DNA from: Gammaproteobacteria bacterium
GTDB lineage: Bacteria; Pseudomonadota; Gammaproteobacteria; Pseudomonadales; Azotimanducaceae
DNA: 64,000 nt
Direction: 5' to 3'
NCBI GenBank assembly: GCA_026706665.1
Contig: JAPOYI010000114.1
Coordinates: 7,268-71,267, forward strand
The notes below the pieces were generated by a model that saw only the letters and a list, made by a program, of their open reading frames with translations, was not told where the DNA came from and did not search any database. Shown one piece after another: positions 44,820-53,850 of the stretch (position 1 is the first letter of the stretch; the number at the start of each line of letters is the position of its first letter). Both the position numbers and the translations under genes were made by a program.

Positions 44820-46244
44820 ATGACTCGGGAGCTTCCCCTCGCCACATCGTCCCGCATCGTCGTGGTGGGCGATGTCATGGTGGACCGGTACTGGTATGGC
44901 GATGCGCACCGCATCTCCCAGGAGGCGCCTGTACCCGTGGTCGATGTCTCGGTCGTGGAGGACCGTCCGGGAGGTGCCGCCAACGTTGCATTGAACGTCG
45001 TGGCCATGGGTGCGGAGTGTACGCTCGTTTCGGCGGTCGGAACCGACGAAGCTGCCGAGTCGATGCGCGACAAACTCGATGGTGCGGGAGTCGTCTGCGA
45101 CTTCGTCGAGGTGGCGGACTGGGAGACCACCCTGAAACTGCGCGTTCTCGGCCAGCGCCAGCAACTCATTCGCCTCGATTTCGAGCGGCCACCGCCCGAG
45201 CCGGTTGCAGATCGCGTGCTCGGCGCGGTGGAGAGGCACTTGGCGACCGCAGACACGCTCATCATCGAGGACTACGACAAGGGTGTCGTCGACGCCCCGG
45301 AAGGGATCGTTGCGGCTGCGAAGAAAGCTGGCGTGGCCGTGGTGGCCGACCCCAAGTTCAAGGACCTGGACCGCTACGCGGGTGCCGACATCGTCAAACC
45401 GAATCGGACCGAATTCGAACATGTGGCCGGCGCCTGGACGGATGAAGCCGATCTCGCGAGACGGGGCGGGGAACTGCTGGACCGCATCGACGGTGGCACC
45501 CTCGTCGTCACACTGGGCGGCGACGGGCTTGAGGTCATCTATCGGGACGGAACAAGCCAGCGCGTGCAGGCGAGCAACGTCGAGATATACGACGTGACAG
45601 GCGCGGGCGACACCGTCGCGGCTGGCCTGGGCGTCGCCTCGAGCCTGGGCTGGAGTGTGCTGGACGGCGCGCGCATGGCCAATCTCGCTGCCGGACTCGT
45701 GTGCACGCGGATAGGAACTGCGGCGGTGACCGCCGCGGAGATCAATCGCGCCATCGCCAGGCAGCCGGCGGCGGAACATGGAGTATTGGAGCGCGACGCG
45801 CTCATCGCCGCTGTCGCCACCGCGCGCGCCCGGGGCGGCAAGATCGTCTTTACCAACGGCTGCTTCGACATCCTGCACGCGGGTCACGTGGGCTACCTGG
45901 CGCAGGCGCGCGGCCTCGGCGACCGGCTTGTCGTTGCGGTCAATGACGACGCGTCCGCTGCGCGGCTCAAGGGCAATGGGCGCCCGGTCAACAACCTGGA
46001 AAGCCGCATGCGCGTGCTCGATGGGCTGGCGTCGGTGGATTGGGTGACCCCGTTCTCCGAGGACACGCCAGAGGCCTTGCTGTCCGCGTTGCGACCAGAC
46101 GTGCTTGCAAAGGGTGGCGACTACGCCGAAAGCGAGGTCGTCGGTGCCGACTTTGTCCGCAGCTACGGCGGGGCTGTCAAGGTCCTGGGTCTCTTCGAGG
46201 ACTCTTCCACGACCTCCATTATCGATCGGATCAAGTCGGATTGA
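44820..46244 (+). CDS. hldE: bifunctional D-glycero-beta-D-manno-heptose-7-phosphate kinase / heptose-1-phosphate adenylyltransferase
   Basis: N-terminal ribokinase-like VVVGDVMVDRYWYGD and DVTGAGDTV. The C-terminal cytidylyltransferase domain has FTNGCFDILHAGHV. Confidence 0.9.
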   Translation: MTRELPLATSSRIVVVGDVMVDRYWYGDAHRISQEAPVPVVDVSVVEDRPGGAANVALNVVAMGAECTLVSAVGTDEAAESMRDKLDGAGVVCDFVEVADWETTLKLRVLGQRQQLIRLDFERPPPEPVADRVLGAVERHLATADTLIIEDYDKGVVDAPEGIVAAAKKAGVAVVADPKFKDLDRYAGADIVKPNRTEFEHVAGAWTDEADLARRGGELLDRIDGGTLVVTLGGDGLEVIYRDGTSQRVQASNVEIYDVTGAGDTVAAGLGVASSLGWSVLDGARMANLAAGLVCTRIGTAAVTAAEINRAIARQPAAEHGVLERDALIAAVATARARGGKIVFTNGCFDILHAGHVGYLAQARGLGDRLVVAVNDDASAARLKGNGRPVNNLESRMRVLDGLASVDWVTPFSEDTPEALLSALRPDVLAKGGDYAESEVVGADFVRSYGGAVKVLGLFEDSSTTSIIDRIKSD

Positions 46245-46288
46245 AGTCTTCTCGCCGCAGCTTCCTTCGACGCGTCGGATCTGAGAGA

Positions 46289-46735
46289 TCAGGTCCGTCG
46301 TAGTGCTTGTAGATCAATCAGGTCCTGGGGCCGTCCTGCCGCCTGCTTGGCGCTGATCAGATCCTCGCGGGAAATGAAGGACACCACGAGGCCATCGAAG
46401 TCTACTTCGAGGCGTCGCTTCCAGGCCGCTTGGAATTCCACGCCGGGGATGCCCATGAGGATGTCCACCCGATTAGGTGGCATTCCCATCTGGTAGAACG
46501 AGCCTTCTTCCTTGAAGTCCGAAGGTGTCAGCCCGGCTAGCGGCGGACCGAAGTCGCGCAGCGCACTGTAGACAGCGTCGGCGTTAGTCGTTTCGGTACC
46601 GATCCAAAGATCCAGGTCGTTGGTGAAGCGTGGTTCCGCGTGCTGGACGACGGCATATCCGCCGATCACCAGGTACTTAACGTGCCTGGCGCTGAAAAGA
46701 CTCAACAGATCGCTGAAGTCGGAGTTGACGAACAT
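46289..46735 (-). CDS. nucleotidyltransferase-fold protein (DUF6036-like)
   Basis: FSDLLSLFSARHVKYLVIGGYAVVQHAEPRFTNDLDLWI carries the GG...DxD minimal NTase signature. It has a small upstream partner gene. Confidence 0.6.
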   Translation of the reverse strand: MFVNSDFSDLLSLFSARHVKYLVIGGYAVVQHAEPRFTNDLDLWIGTETTNADAVYSALRDFGPPLAGLTPSDFKEEGSFYQMGMPPNRVDILMGIPGVEFQAAWKRRLEVDFDGLVVSFISREDLISAKQAAGRPQDLIDLQALRRT

Positions 46736-46883
46736 CGATCCCTTTGACCCTGGCGTAGTGGACGATCAGATCCCAGGTCGCGTCGAACCTCGCTTTCGGC
46801 GTCTGGGACTGCCAGAACTCCAGATCGAACGTGCGATCCAGTTCTTCAAGTTCTCCGTGGCGTTCAACGATGCGCCGGCGCAT
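46677..46883 (-). CDS. small partner protein of the NTase-fold gene (antitoxin-like, unknown family)
   Basis: 68 aa. The pattern ...DRTFDLEFWQSQTPKARFDATWDLI...LRLQRSVESF resembles small proteins usually encoded upstream of such NTases. Its last 59 nt overlap the NTase gene out of frame. Confidence 0.45.
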   Translation of the reverse strand: MRRRIVERHGELEELDRTFDLEFWQSQTPKARFDATWDLIVHYARVKGIDVRQLRLQRSVESFQRQAR

Positions 46884-47120
46884 CCGAAGAGGATACCAGA
46901 CGGGCAGGCATCATCGTCCTGGTCAAATCGGCCCTCTTCCGACGTGACCGCGCCAGCCACCCGCGACAATCAGGCGGCGTCGCTATGGGCCGCTGTTGTC
47001 CGCTTGCTCGGCATCTCCCTCCGCTTCGCCTGCTTCCTGTTCCGCCAGGATGCCCATGAGCCACGATCGACAATCCTCGCATTGTCGACGTTGCCGTGAC
47101 CCTGAAAGCCCCCGGTCCGC

Positions 47121-47340
47121 CTAACCCATCCAGCTCCTTGCTTCCCGGACGGCGTCCTCGATGTCGTCCGATAGGTCCGTCCCGTGCTCCGGCCGCTGGG
47201 TGCGCCAGGCGAGATGCACGAGCAGAAACATCGGCAACATGGCGACAGCGGAATCCGCCAGGGGACGCACCTCGCGATAGCCGTCGACCAGGGCTGCCTG
47301 AAGTTGTAACGTTGGGTGGATCGCGGCCAGAGTACCGTCA
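47121..47340 (-). pseudogene. C-terminal fragment of a phosphotransferase (APH/kinase-like) gene
   Basis: An open frame without a start codon reads GATDGTLAAIHPTLQLQAALVDGYREVRPLADSAVAMLPMFLLVHLAWRTQRP...REARSWMG. It resembles the C-terminal helices of APH-type kinases. Confidence 0.3.
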
Positions 47341-47363
47341 GTAGCGCCGCGTCACGAACGCGA

Positions 47364-47912
47364 CTACTCGTTGTACAGCGGTTCGAACCCGAACAGCCAG
47401 GGAGTGACGGTGTCAACGGACACCTGCACGGCGCGGACCTCCGCCGCCCCGAACACCTCCAGCCGCGTGATGTTCGCGTACCGCGGCAGCTCGAGCTCGC
47501 CCTGTGACTCGATGAACGGGCGGTCAACGACGAACTCGTGAGAGTCGCCGTGAACCAGCAGTACCGGCCCGCCATAACGCTCCGATGCAGTTCGGATCTC
47601 ACGCAGGACGATGCCGTGCGGTCCACGGAACGCCTGGTTGGAAGACTCCCCCCAGAACATCTCCGCGTGCACGGCGATCACGACGCCCTTGTAGGCGTTC
47701 TCGCGCGCAATTCGAAAGCTGTCCCGCAGCCACGCGACATTTGCCGCGTTGCGTTCCTGCGCTTCCAGGAGTGCGTTCCTGTCGTCGTACCGATAGCCGT
47801 TCCCGGAACCCGTCACGTTCATGGATGAGACATCCTGGAACTCGGCCAATGGATCGTTGGCGGCGATCGATTGCGCCAATGCCAGTGTCCCGAGACACAG
47901 CAGAATTTTCAT
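47364..47912 (-). CDS. secreted protein with partial calcineurin-like phosphoesterase domain
   Basis: GGAGAGGGAAAG lies before ATG 47912. Signal peptide MKILLCLGTLALAQSIAA. Only the distal phosphoesterase motifs are present (VIAVHAEMFWG, LLVHGDSHEF). Confidence 0.5.
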   Translation of the reverse strand: MKILLCLGTLALAQSIAANDPLAEFQDVSSMNVTGSGNGYRYDDRNALLEAQERNAANVAWLRDSFRIARENAYKGVVIAVHAEMFWGESSNQAFRGPHGIVLREIRTASERYGGPVLLVHGDSHEFVVDRPFIESQGELELPRYANITRLEVFGAAEVRAVQVSVDTVTPWLFGFEPLYNE

Positions 47913-48070
47913 CTTTCCCTCTCCAGCGGAAGGCGCGGAATGATGGAGATCGGTCCAGGGGATGTCAAAGGAACTCCGAGCCCACAGCGTTGGCTTCAGA
48001 GCCATGCCCTTGACGCCGTCCACGCATAAATCGGAGCATGGAACCCCGATCCACCCACCGAGGCGTGCGC

Positions 48071-49120
48071 ATGGTCAGTGTTGCAGACGACAACATCCGC
48101 GAAGTTCCCGACGACCCATTGGCGGCCATCGACTACTGCTACGAGCAAGGCTGGACGGATGGCCTGCCGGTCGTGCCGCCGGAAGCGAGCCGGGTCGAGG
48201 CCATGATGGCCATGGAAGGCAGACCTCCCGAGACCGTACTCGCGCATCACCCCGCGACGGGACTGGAACTGACCATTCAGGCTGCGGCGGTCAATGCGGT
48301 CATGGCCGGCTGCCTGCCCGAGTACTTTCCTGTCATCGTGGCGGCGTTCGAGGCGATGGACCGCGAACCGTTCAACTTTCACGCGAGCTCGGTGAGCACG
48401 GGCGGCTCGGGCCACCTGCTCATCGTCAGCGGACCCATAGTGGAAGAGATCGGGATGAACGCGGACGCGAACCTCTTCGGCCCGGGAAATCGCGCCAATG
48501 CCACCATCGGCCGCACCGTGCGGCTGACGCTCCTCAATGTGTTCCGCACGGTACCGGGTCTGGCCGACAAGTCCACGCAGGGACATCCCGGCAAGTACAG
48601 CTTCTGCATCGCCGAGCGGACGGACAGGAACCCGTGGCCCCCGCTATGCGAAGAGCTTGGCTATCCCGAAGGCGTGAGCTCGGTGACTGTGTTCGCGGGA
48701 GCCGGCTTCCTGAACGTGGAGAACCACGGCGGCAACACGCCGGAAGCCATCCTGGAGACGATGGCCGACGCCATGGCGAACTACGGCTGCGTCACCACGG
48801 GCCAGAGCGTGGTGGTGATCTGTCCGGAACATGTCGAGATCATCGCCCGTGCCGGCTGGACGAAAGTGATGGTGCGCGAGTACCTCTTCGAGTATGCGCG
48901 GCGGCCGCGGGGCGGCATGGAGCGGATCGGAAAGTTCGTTCTTCGAGAATACGCGCGGCAGGGGAGACAGGACTTTCACCGTGGACTCTCGCCCGACGAC
49001 ATCCTGGTCACCGTGGGTGGCGGTGACGGGGGTGGCCATTCGGCGTTCATCCCCTCCTGGAGCCGGGGCAGGGGCTCCGTCATGCAAAGTCAGCCCATCG
49101 GGGTGTGCATCGACTGCTGA
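48071..49120 (+). CDS. conserved hypothetical protein
   Basis: Coding-looking 349-aa ORF with a GWTDGLPVVPPE motif and SVSTGGSGHLLIVSGP. I cannot name the family. Confidence 0.6.
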   Translation: MVSVADDNIREVPDDPLAAIDYCYEQGWTDGLPVVPPEASRVEAMMAMEGRPPETVLAHHPATGLELTIQAAAVNAVMAGCLPEYFPVIVAAFEAMDREPFNFHASSVSTGGSGHLLIVSGPIVEEIGMNADANLFGPGNRANATIGRTVRLTLLNVFRTVPGLADKSTQGHPGKYSFCIAERTDRNPWPPLCEELGYPEGVSSVTVFAGAGFLNVENHGGNTPEAILETMADAMANYGCVTTGQSVVVICPEHVEIIARAGWTKVMVREYLFEYARRPRGGMERIGKFVLREYARQGRQDFHRGLSPDDILVTVGGGDGGGHSAFIPSWSRGRGSVMQSQPIGVCIDC

Positions 49121-49163
49121 CAATCCAGTGTCGAGTCCCGCAGGGGTCGGTTTCGCCGTCACG

Positions 49164-49682
49164 TCATTCCGTGAGGATGCTGATCGCCCGCTCCGACGCC
49201 GAAGCGGCTCGTTGCCTGATCTCGCTCACAGTACAACTGCCCAGCGGATGATCGACGATCACGAAGGGATAGTCGGGAAGGCCCAGCATCCGGGCCATGT
49301 TCTTGGCGGTAACCTCGAACGGTGTCGTACAGAGAACGACTGCCCGCTTGCCGGTCTGCTCAAAGGTGATGCCGTCATGCAAACTGCACGTCGAGCAACT
49401 GCCTCAGTCACCGGACGCGGTGATCAGGTAGTCGCACGCCTCTGAGAGATTCTTCAGCGTATCCGCCGGGGCAGGTGCACCGGCGCTGCCTTTCGCCACG
49501 ATGGGCAGGATCTCACCCCCGAAACGGGTCCGCAGCATCGCGGCGGTTTCCTCGAGCAGGGCATCCGCGTTGAGCTTGGTGTTGGACAGCAGGCCAATCG
49601 TCAGCCCGTCCAGGCTGGCGAGCGCTGGCGCCCGCCGGGATTCCCGCGCGGGGGCGGCAACGGTGGGGTCGACCAGCTTCAT
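49164..49682 (-). CDS. UGSC-motif selenoprotein with in-frame UGA (Sec)
   Basis: ORF 49404..49682 (ending ...DYLITASGD then TGA at 49404..49406) and ORF 49164..49382 are in the same frame. Read through, the junction is GD-U-GSCSTCSLHDGITFEQ. This gives a 172-codon protein with a U-G-S-C motif. A hairpin at 49376..49390 lies 13 nt 3' of the UGA. Confidence 0.7.
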
Positions 49683-49869
49683 CTCTTCTCCTTGCGTGTT
49701 CCTGCACGGCTCAGGCCCATGTTACAGCCGGATTTGGACCGGTGGTATGCTGATTCCGAATCGTCGATAAGGATGGCAACCGTCCCGCCATGCTGGCCTC
49801 GCAGACGGGCAAGCCGACGATCAGCGTCGATCATGACGTGTATCCCGCTTCGCTGCTTCAAGGACTTGG

Positions 49870-51090
49870 ATGAAGACGCAGGCTGATTCAGTGACCAATG
49901 CAACGCCACCTCTGGACGGCGTGAAGATCCTCGATTTCTCCCGCATCATCGCGGGTCCGCTCGCAACCCAGCAACTCGCCGACCTGGGGGCCACGATCAT
50001 CAAGATCGAGAATCCCGCGACCGGCGATGACGTGCGCGGACTCGACGAGGACGGGCAGCCGGCGCGCAGCCCCTTCTTCATGGGGTTCAACCGCAACAAG
50101 AAGAGCGTCGCCATCGACCTCAAGAACCCGACCGGCCAGCGGATGGCGCTCGACCTTGCGCGCCAGTGCGATGTCCTGGTGCAGAACTTCCGCCCGGGCG
50201 TGATGGATCGGTTCGGACTCGACCACGAACGCGTCATGTCCATCTGTCCGAAGCTCATCTACGTCTCGATTTCGGCGTACGGCGAGCACGGCTCGATGAG
50301 TGACCGGCCCGGGTACGACCCCGTGCTGCAGGCGGAGTCCGGCATGATGGCGATGACCGGCGAACCTGATGGGCGGCCGATGCGGACCGCGCTGTCGCTC
50401 ATCGACACGCTGACCGCGGGACACGCGACGAGCGCCGTCTGCGCTGCTTTGATCGCGCGCGAAAAGACCGGTCGGGGCGACTACCTGGATCTCGCGTTGA
50501 TGGACACGGCGATCGCCGCGCTCGGCAACATGGCCATGGCGTGGCTCGGCATGGGCGTCGTTCCGGAGCGCGTGGGGAACAGGCACATCTATGCCACGCC
50601 GAACGGGCTCTTCCGCACGGCGACGGACCCGATCTACATGGCCATCGCCTCCAACCGGCTGTTTACCCGTTTTTGCGAGAACGTCATCGAGCGGCCGGAC
50701 CTCCCGCGCGACGAGCGGTTCGCCAAGCCGCCCGACCGGCTGAAGAACCGGGAGCTGCTCTGGGAGATTCTCGAAGGCGAACTGATGAAACAGCCGGCGG
50801 AACACTGGATTCCACGCATGCGGGACCTGCCCGCCGGCCAGGTGCGCACCGTGGACAAGGCGCTGGCCTCGCCCGAGGTCGCCGAACGCGGCATGGTCCG
50901 GACACTCGAAGAAGCCGACGGGAACACCATTTCGCTACTGGCGCCGCCTTTCCGCTACCAGAACACCCCGCTCGCGGCGCCGGAGTCACCACCGTACATC
51001 GGCGAGCACACCGACGAGGTCTTGCGCGAGTGGTTGGGTATTGACGAAGCGAAGCTCAAGGATTTGCACGAGCGTCGCGTGATTCGCTAG
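49870..51090 (+). CDS. family III CoA-transferase (CaiB/BaiF)
   Basis: LDGVKILDFSRIIAGPLATQQLADLGATIIKIE and a full-length family III pattern. Confidence 0.85.
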   Translation: MKTQADSVTNATPPLDGVKILDFSRIIAGPLATQQLADLGATIIKIENPATGDDVRGLDEDGQPARSPFFMGFNRNKKSVAIDLKNPTGQRMALDLARQCDVLVQNFRPGVMDRFGLDHERVMSICPKLIYVSISAYGEHGSMSDRPGYDPVLQAESGMMAMTGEPDGRPMRTALSLIDTLTAGHATSAVCAALIAREKTGRGDYLDLALMDTAIAALGNMAMAWLGMGVVPERVGNRHIYATPNGLFRTATDPIYMAIASNRLFTRFCENVIERPDLPRDERFAKPPDRLKNRELLWEILEGELMKQPAEHWIPRMRDLPAGQVRTVDKALASPEVAERGMVRTLEEADGNTISLLAPPFRYQNTPLAAPESPPYIGEHTDEVLREWLGIDEAKLKDLHERRVIR

Positions 51091-51148
51091 CGAACTTGCC
51101 ACGTTGCTGACCCTTGCGGGGGAATCAGCATTGGTCGGATCTCGTGTT

Positions 51149-51897
51149 CTATTCCTGTGACCACCGGACGCGCTCTGCGACAAACCGCGCAAAGGCTTCA
51201 ATTTCCTGATCGACGCTTGCTGCCTCAAGCGCGGAAAGATAGGCGTTCCGGTCTTCGAGGCGGATGACCGTCCGCGGATAGCCCCCGGAGGCCAGCGTTG
51301 CATTCATGACAAAACGCGCCATGCGTCCGTTGCCGCCGGGATAGGGATGGACGTAGCCGAACAGCCAATGCCCGAGCACGGCGCGTACCGCCGGTTCGGT
51401 TTCCTGTTCCAGCAGTTCGAACAGCGCAGGCATGGCATCGCGTATGGCTTGCCAGCGCGGCGGAACATGACGCGAGCCGCGAAGATAGACGGCGTCGTTG
51501 CGATAGCCTGCGAGTGCGAAGGCGGGGATCATGCCGACCGCCACGGAGGGTTGGAACAGCTCGCGATACCAGTCGGAGTGCGCGGCCCGGACGCTGTATT
51601 GAAAGGGTCGCTCTCGCGCACATCGTAGCCGGCGACTTTCATGGTGCGGACTATCTCGTCGGCGACATCCCCCCGTCCGACTCGCCGAAAGGCCCCGGCG
51701 AGTCGGCCAGCGATGGCGGAATGGCCTCCGTCAAGGAGACGGGCGAGCAGGTTGGAGGCATCCCGAATCTCGGACAGGACAACCTGCGCTTCCACCGGGC
51801 ACCGGGCGAAGAAGGATTCAGGGACCCTTGTCAGCGCGGCTTCGGGGGCGAACAGCCGTAGCCCCTCGTGTTCGGTGATATCGGCTGCAGGTGGCAT
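51149..51897 (-). pseudogene. Fic family gene with internal deletion and frameshift
   Basis: The C-terminal frame reads HSDWYRELFQPSVAVGMIPAFALAGYRNDAVYLRGSRHVPP...HPYPGGNGRMARFVMN (Fic motif HPFxxGNGR). The N-terminal frame (...LAGAFRRVGRGDVADEIVRTMKVAGYDVRESDPF) joins it near 51600 in a different frame, and about 125 aa of the expected central region are absent. Confidence 0.6.
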
Positions 51898-52019
51898 CCG
51901 CTTTTGTGTGAGGTCATAAAGGGAGGTGGCGAACAGCAAGTCTTTTATGACGTGTAAATACACGTCAATTATGATGTGCCGTTGCGCGTGAATTCTGACT
52001 TGATATCGATGCGCGTGTA

Positions 52020-52775
52020 TCAACCGAGAACCGATGCGACATTCCTTTCGAGATGCGCGGGATTGGTTGTGCCCACGACGATGCTGGAGACGCCCGGTTG
52101 GTCGGCTACGTTGCGCAATGTCTCCGGCGCGGACCGTCCGCTGTCCAGGGGTTTCTTGATCAGGACGCCGCATCCGCTTTTGCCAGCCTCGCGGACCACG
52201 TCGCGCTGGCTGCGGTCTGTGTGGCTCAGCGCCGTCATGATCACGTCGCATTGCGCGAGTGCAGTTCTACCGCCGGCGCTGGTCTTGTGCGAGAAGCCCA
52301 CGGCGCGGACCGCGCCGGCCTGCTTGAGGTCATTCAATGTGGCGAGGGCCTCGGCGTCCGAGAGGATCGCCATGTCACGGCCGTCGGAGTGCACCAGCAC
52401 GATATCGAGATAGTCCGTGCGCAGGCGGCGCAGCGAAGTCTCGACGCTCCGTCGGATCGCCTGCGCGCTGAAGTCGTAGCGGGATTCGCCGTCCTCGTGG
52501 ATCTCGCCCGCCTTCGTGCAGAGCACCCATCGCTGTCGATTGCCCGCCAGCAAAGCACCGAGTCGGGCTTCGCTTTCGCCGTAGGCGGCCGCGGTGTCCA
52601 GCAGGTTGATGCCCAGGTCCCAGGCACAGCCAATCAATCTTCGCGCATCGCTCAAGCTGGGCAATTCGAACGGGGCCACGTCGAGCCCGGTATTGCGGCC
52701 GAGCTTGACGGTGCCGAGACCGATGAGGGAGACCTCGATGCCGGTCGTGCCCAATGGTCTGCGTGGAAGCGTCAT
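52020..52775 (-). CDS. aldo/keto reductase
   Basis: LGTTGIEVSLIGLGT, DTAAAYGESE and LDIVLVHS. ATGA overlap with the upstream gene. Confidence 0.8.
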   Translation of the reverse strand: MTLPRRPLGTTGIEVSLIGLGTVKLGRNTGLDVAPFELPSLSDARRLIGCAWDLGINLLDTAAAYGESEARLGALLAGNRQRWVLCTKAGEIHEDGESRYDFSAQAIRRSVETSLRRLRTDYLDIVLVHSDGRDMAILSDAEALATLNDLKQAGAVRAVGFSHKTSAGGRTALAQCDVIMTALSHTDRSQRDVVREAGKSGCGVLIKKPLDSGRSAPETLRNVADQPGVSSIVVGTTNPAHLERNVASVLG

Positions 52776-53827
52776 GCGAGGGCACGCAGCACGCGATCAC
52801 CGAGATCGGGCGCGAGCGTCAGCTTGCCGGGCCACGTGACGAGAACGTTTTCGTGGCTTTCGACGAACGCTCCTTCGAGGCGCGGCCCGTCAGGTTCGGC
52901 GCGATCGATCGACAGCGTCTCGAAGGTCCGGTTCGACCAGTCGATCCATGGCAGTGAGCGTTGGAGTTCCATCCTGGCAGCTTCAACCTGCTCCGCGTCG
53001 CTGCGGTTTGCGCCGTCCGACGCGAGGGCGCCACCCAGGTAGTGATACCCCGGCAGGGTCGTGACGGTCAGCGCCGGTTCCGTGCGCAGGTCAGAAATGC
53101 AGTGGGCGAAGATCGGTTCCGGGTCCGTACTGCGGATCAGCACCTGCTTCAAGGGGCGTCTCTGCATCCGTGTTGGAGCACCGGCGGCGGCGGCGAGGGG
53201 TTCGTTGCCCGCCCCGGCGGCGAATATGAACCGCTGCGCTTCGACGCGGATGTTCGCGTTCTCGAATGCCGCCACCGTTCCCTGCTCCATGACGAATCCC
53301 TCGGGTTCGACTGCCACGGGCAGAATCCGGTCCGTGAGCGGTGCCGCAAGCCTTCGCACCAGCCCGGCAACATCGATCACGAAGTCGTCGAGGCGATACA
53401 TGGTGCCCGTCTGGCCCGCGAACGTGCCGGGATATTCAGTGGGCGCGAGCCTTGCGACACGGCCGCGCAGGAGTCTGCTGGCGAGAAATCCCGCGAGGCG
53501 CGCGCGGAGCTCATCGTGCGACCACAGGTAGTAGCAGTCGGAAGTCACTCCGACGCCTTGGAGGTCAATCTCCCCCTTGCCTTCAAGGCAGGCCCGCCAA
53601 CGATTCGGCATACCCGACACCGCATCGAAGGCACCAGTCGCGATCCCGCCGAGGGCATATTTGACGCCACCGTGTATCAGCCCCTGAGACGCCATGGTCT
53701 GGATGCCGCCGACTTTGCCGGATTCGCAGACAGCCACATCGAATCCGCGGTTCACGAGGAGGTTGGCCAGCCACAGGCCGGCGATGCCCGCGCCGGCTAT
53801 CGCGATGTCAGCCTTCACGGTGCGCAT
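52772..53827 (-). CDS. FAD-dependent oxidoreductase
   Basis: N-terminal dinucleotide fold DIAIAGAGIAGLWLANLLVNRGFDVAVCE. Confidence 0.7.
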   Translation of the reverse strand: MRTVKADIAIAGAGIAGLWLANLLVNRGFDVAVCESGKVGGIQTMASQGLIHGGVKYALGGIATGAFDAVSGMPNRWRACLEGKGEIDLQGVGVTSDCYYLWSHDELRARLAGFLASRLLRGRVARLAPTEYPGTFAGQTGTMYRLDDFVIDVAGLVRRLAAPLTDRILPVAVEPEGFVMEQGTVAAFENANIRVEAQRFIFAAGAGNEPLAAAAGAPTRMQRRPLKQVLIRSTDPEPIFAHCISDLRTEPALTVTTLPGYHYLGGALASDGANRSDAEQVEAARMELQRSLPWIDWSNRTFETLSIDRAEPDGPRLEGAFVESHENVLVTWPGKLTLAPDLGDRVLRALA

Positions 53828-53850
53828 GGGCGGCTATCCCGACGCGCGGG

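Noticed and set aside
49118-49163. Possible Sec read-through of the TGA ending the 48071..49120 gene (…GVCIDC-TGA).
   Set aside because: The downstream in-frame sequence (QSSVESRRGRFRRHVIP) is short, looks non-coding and overlaps the end of the convergent UGSC gene. There is no redox-motif logic to support recoding.
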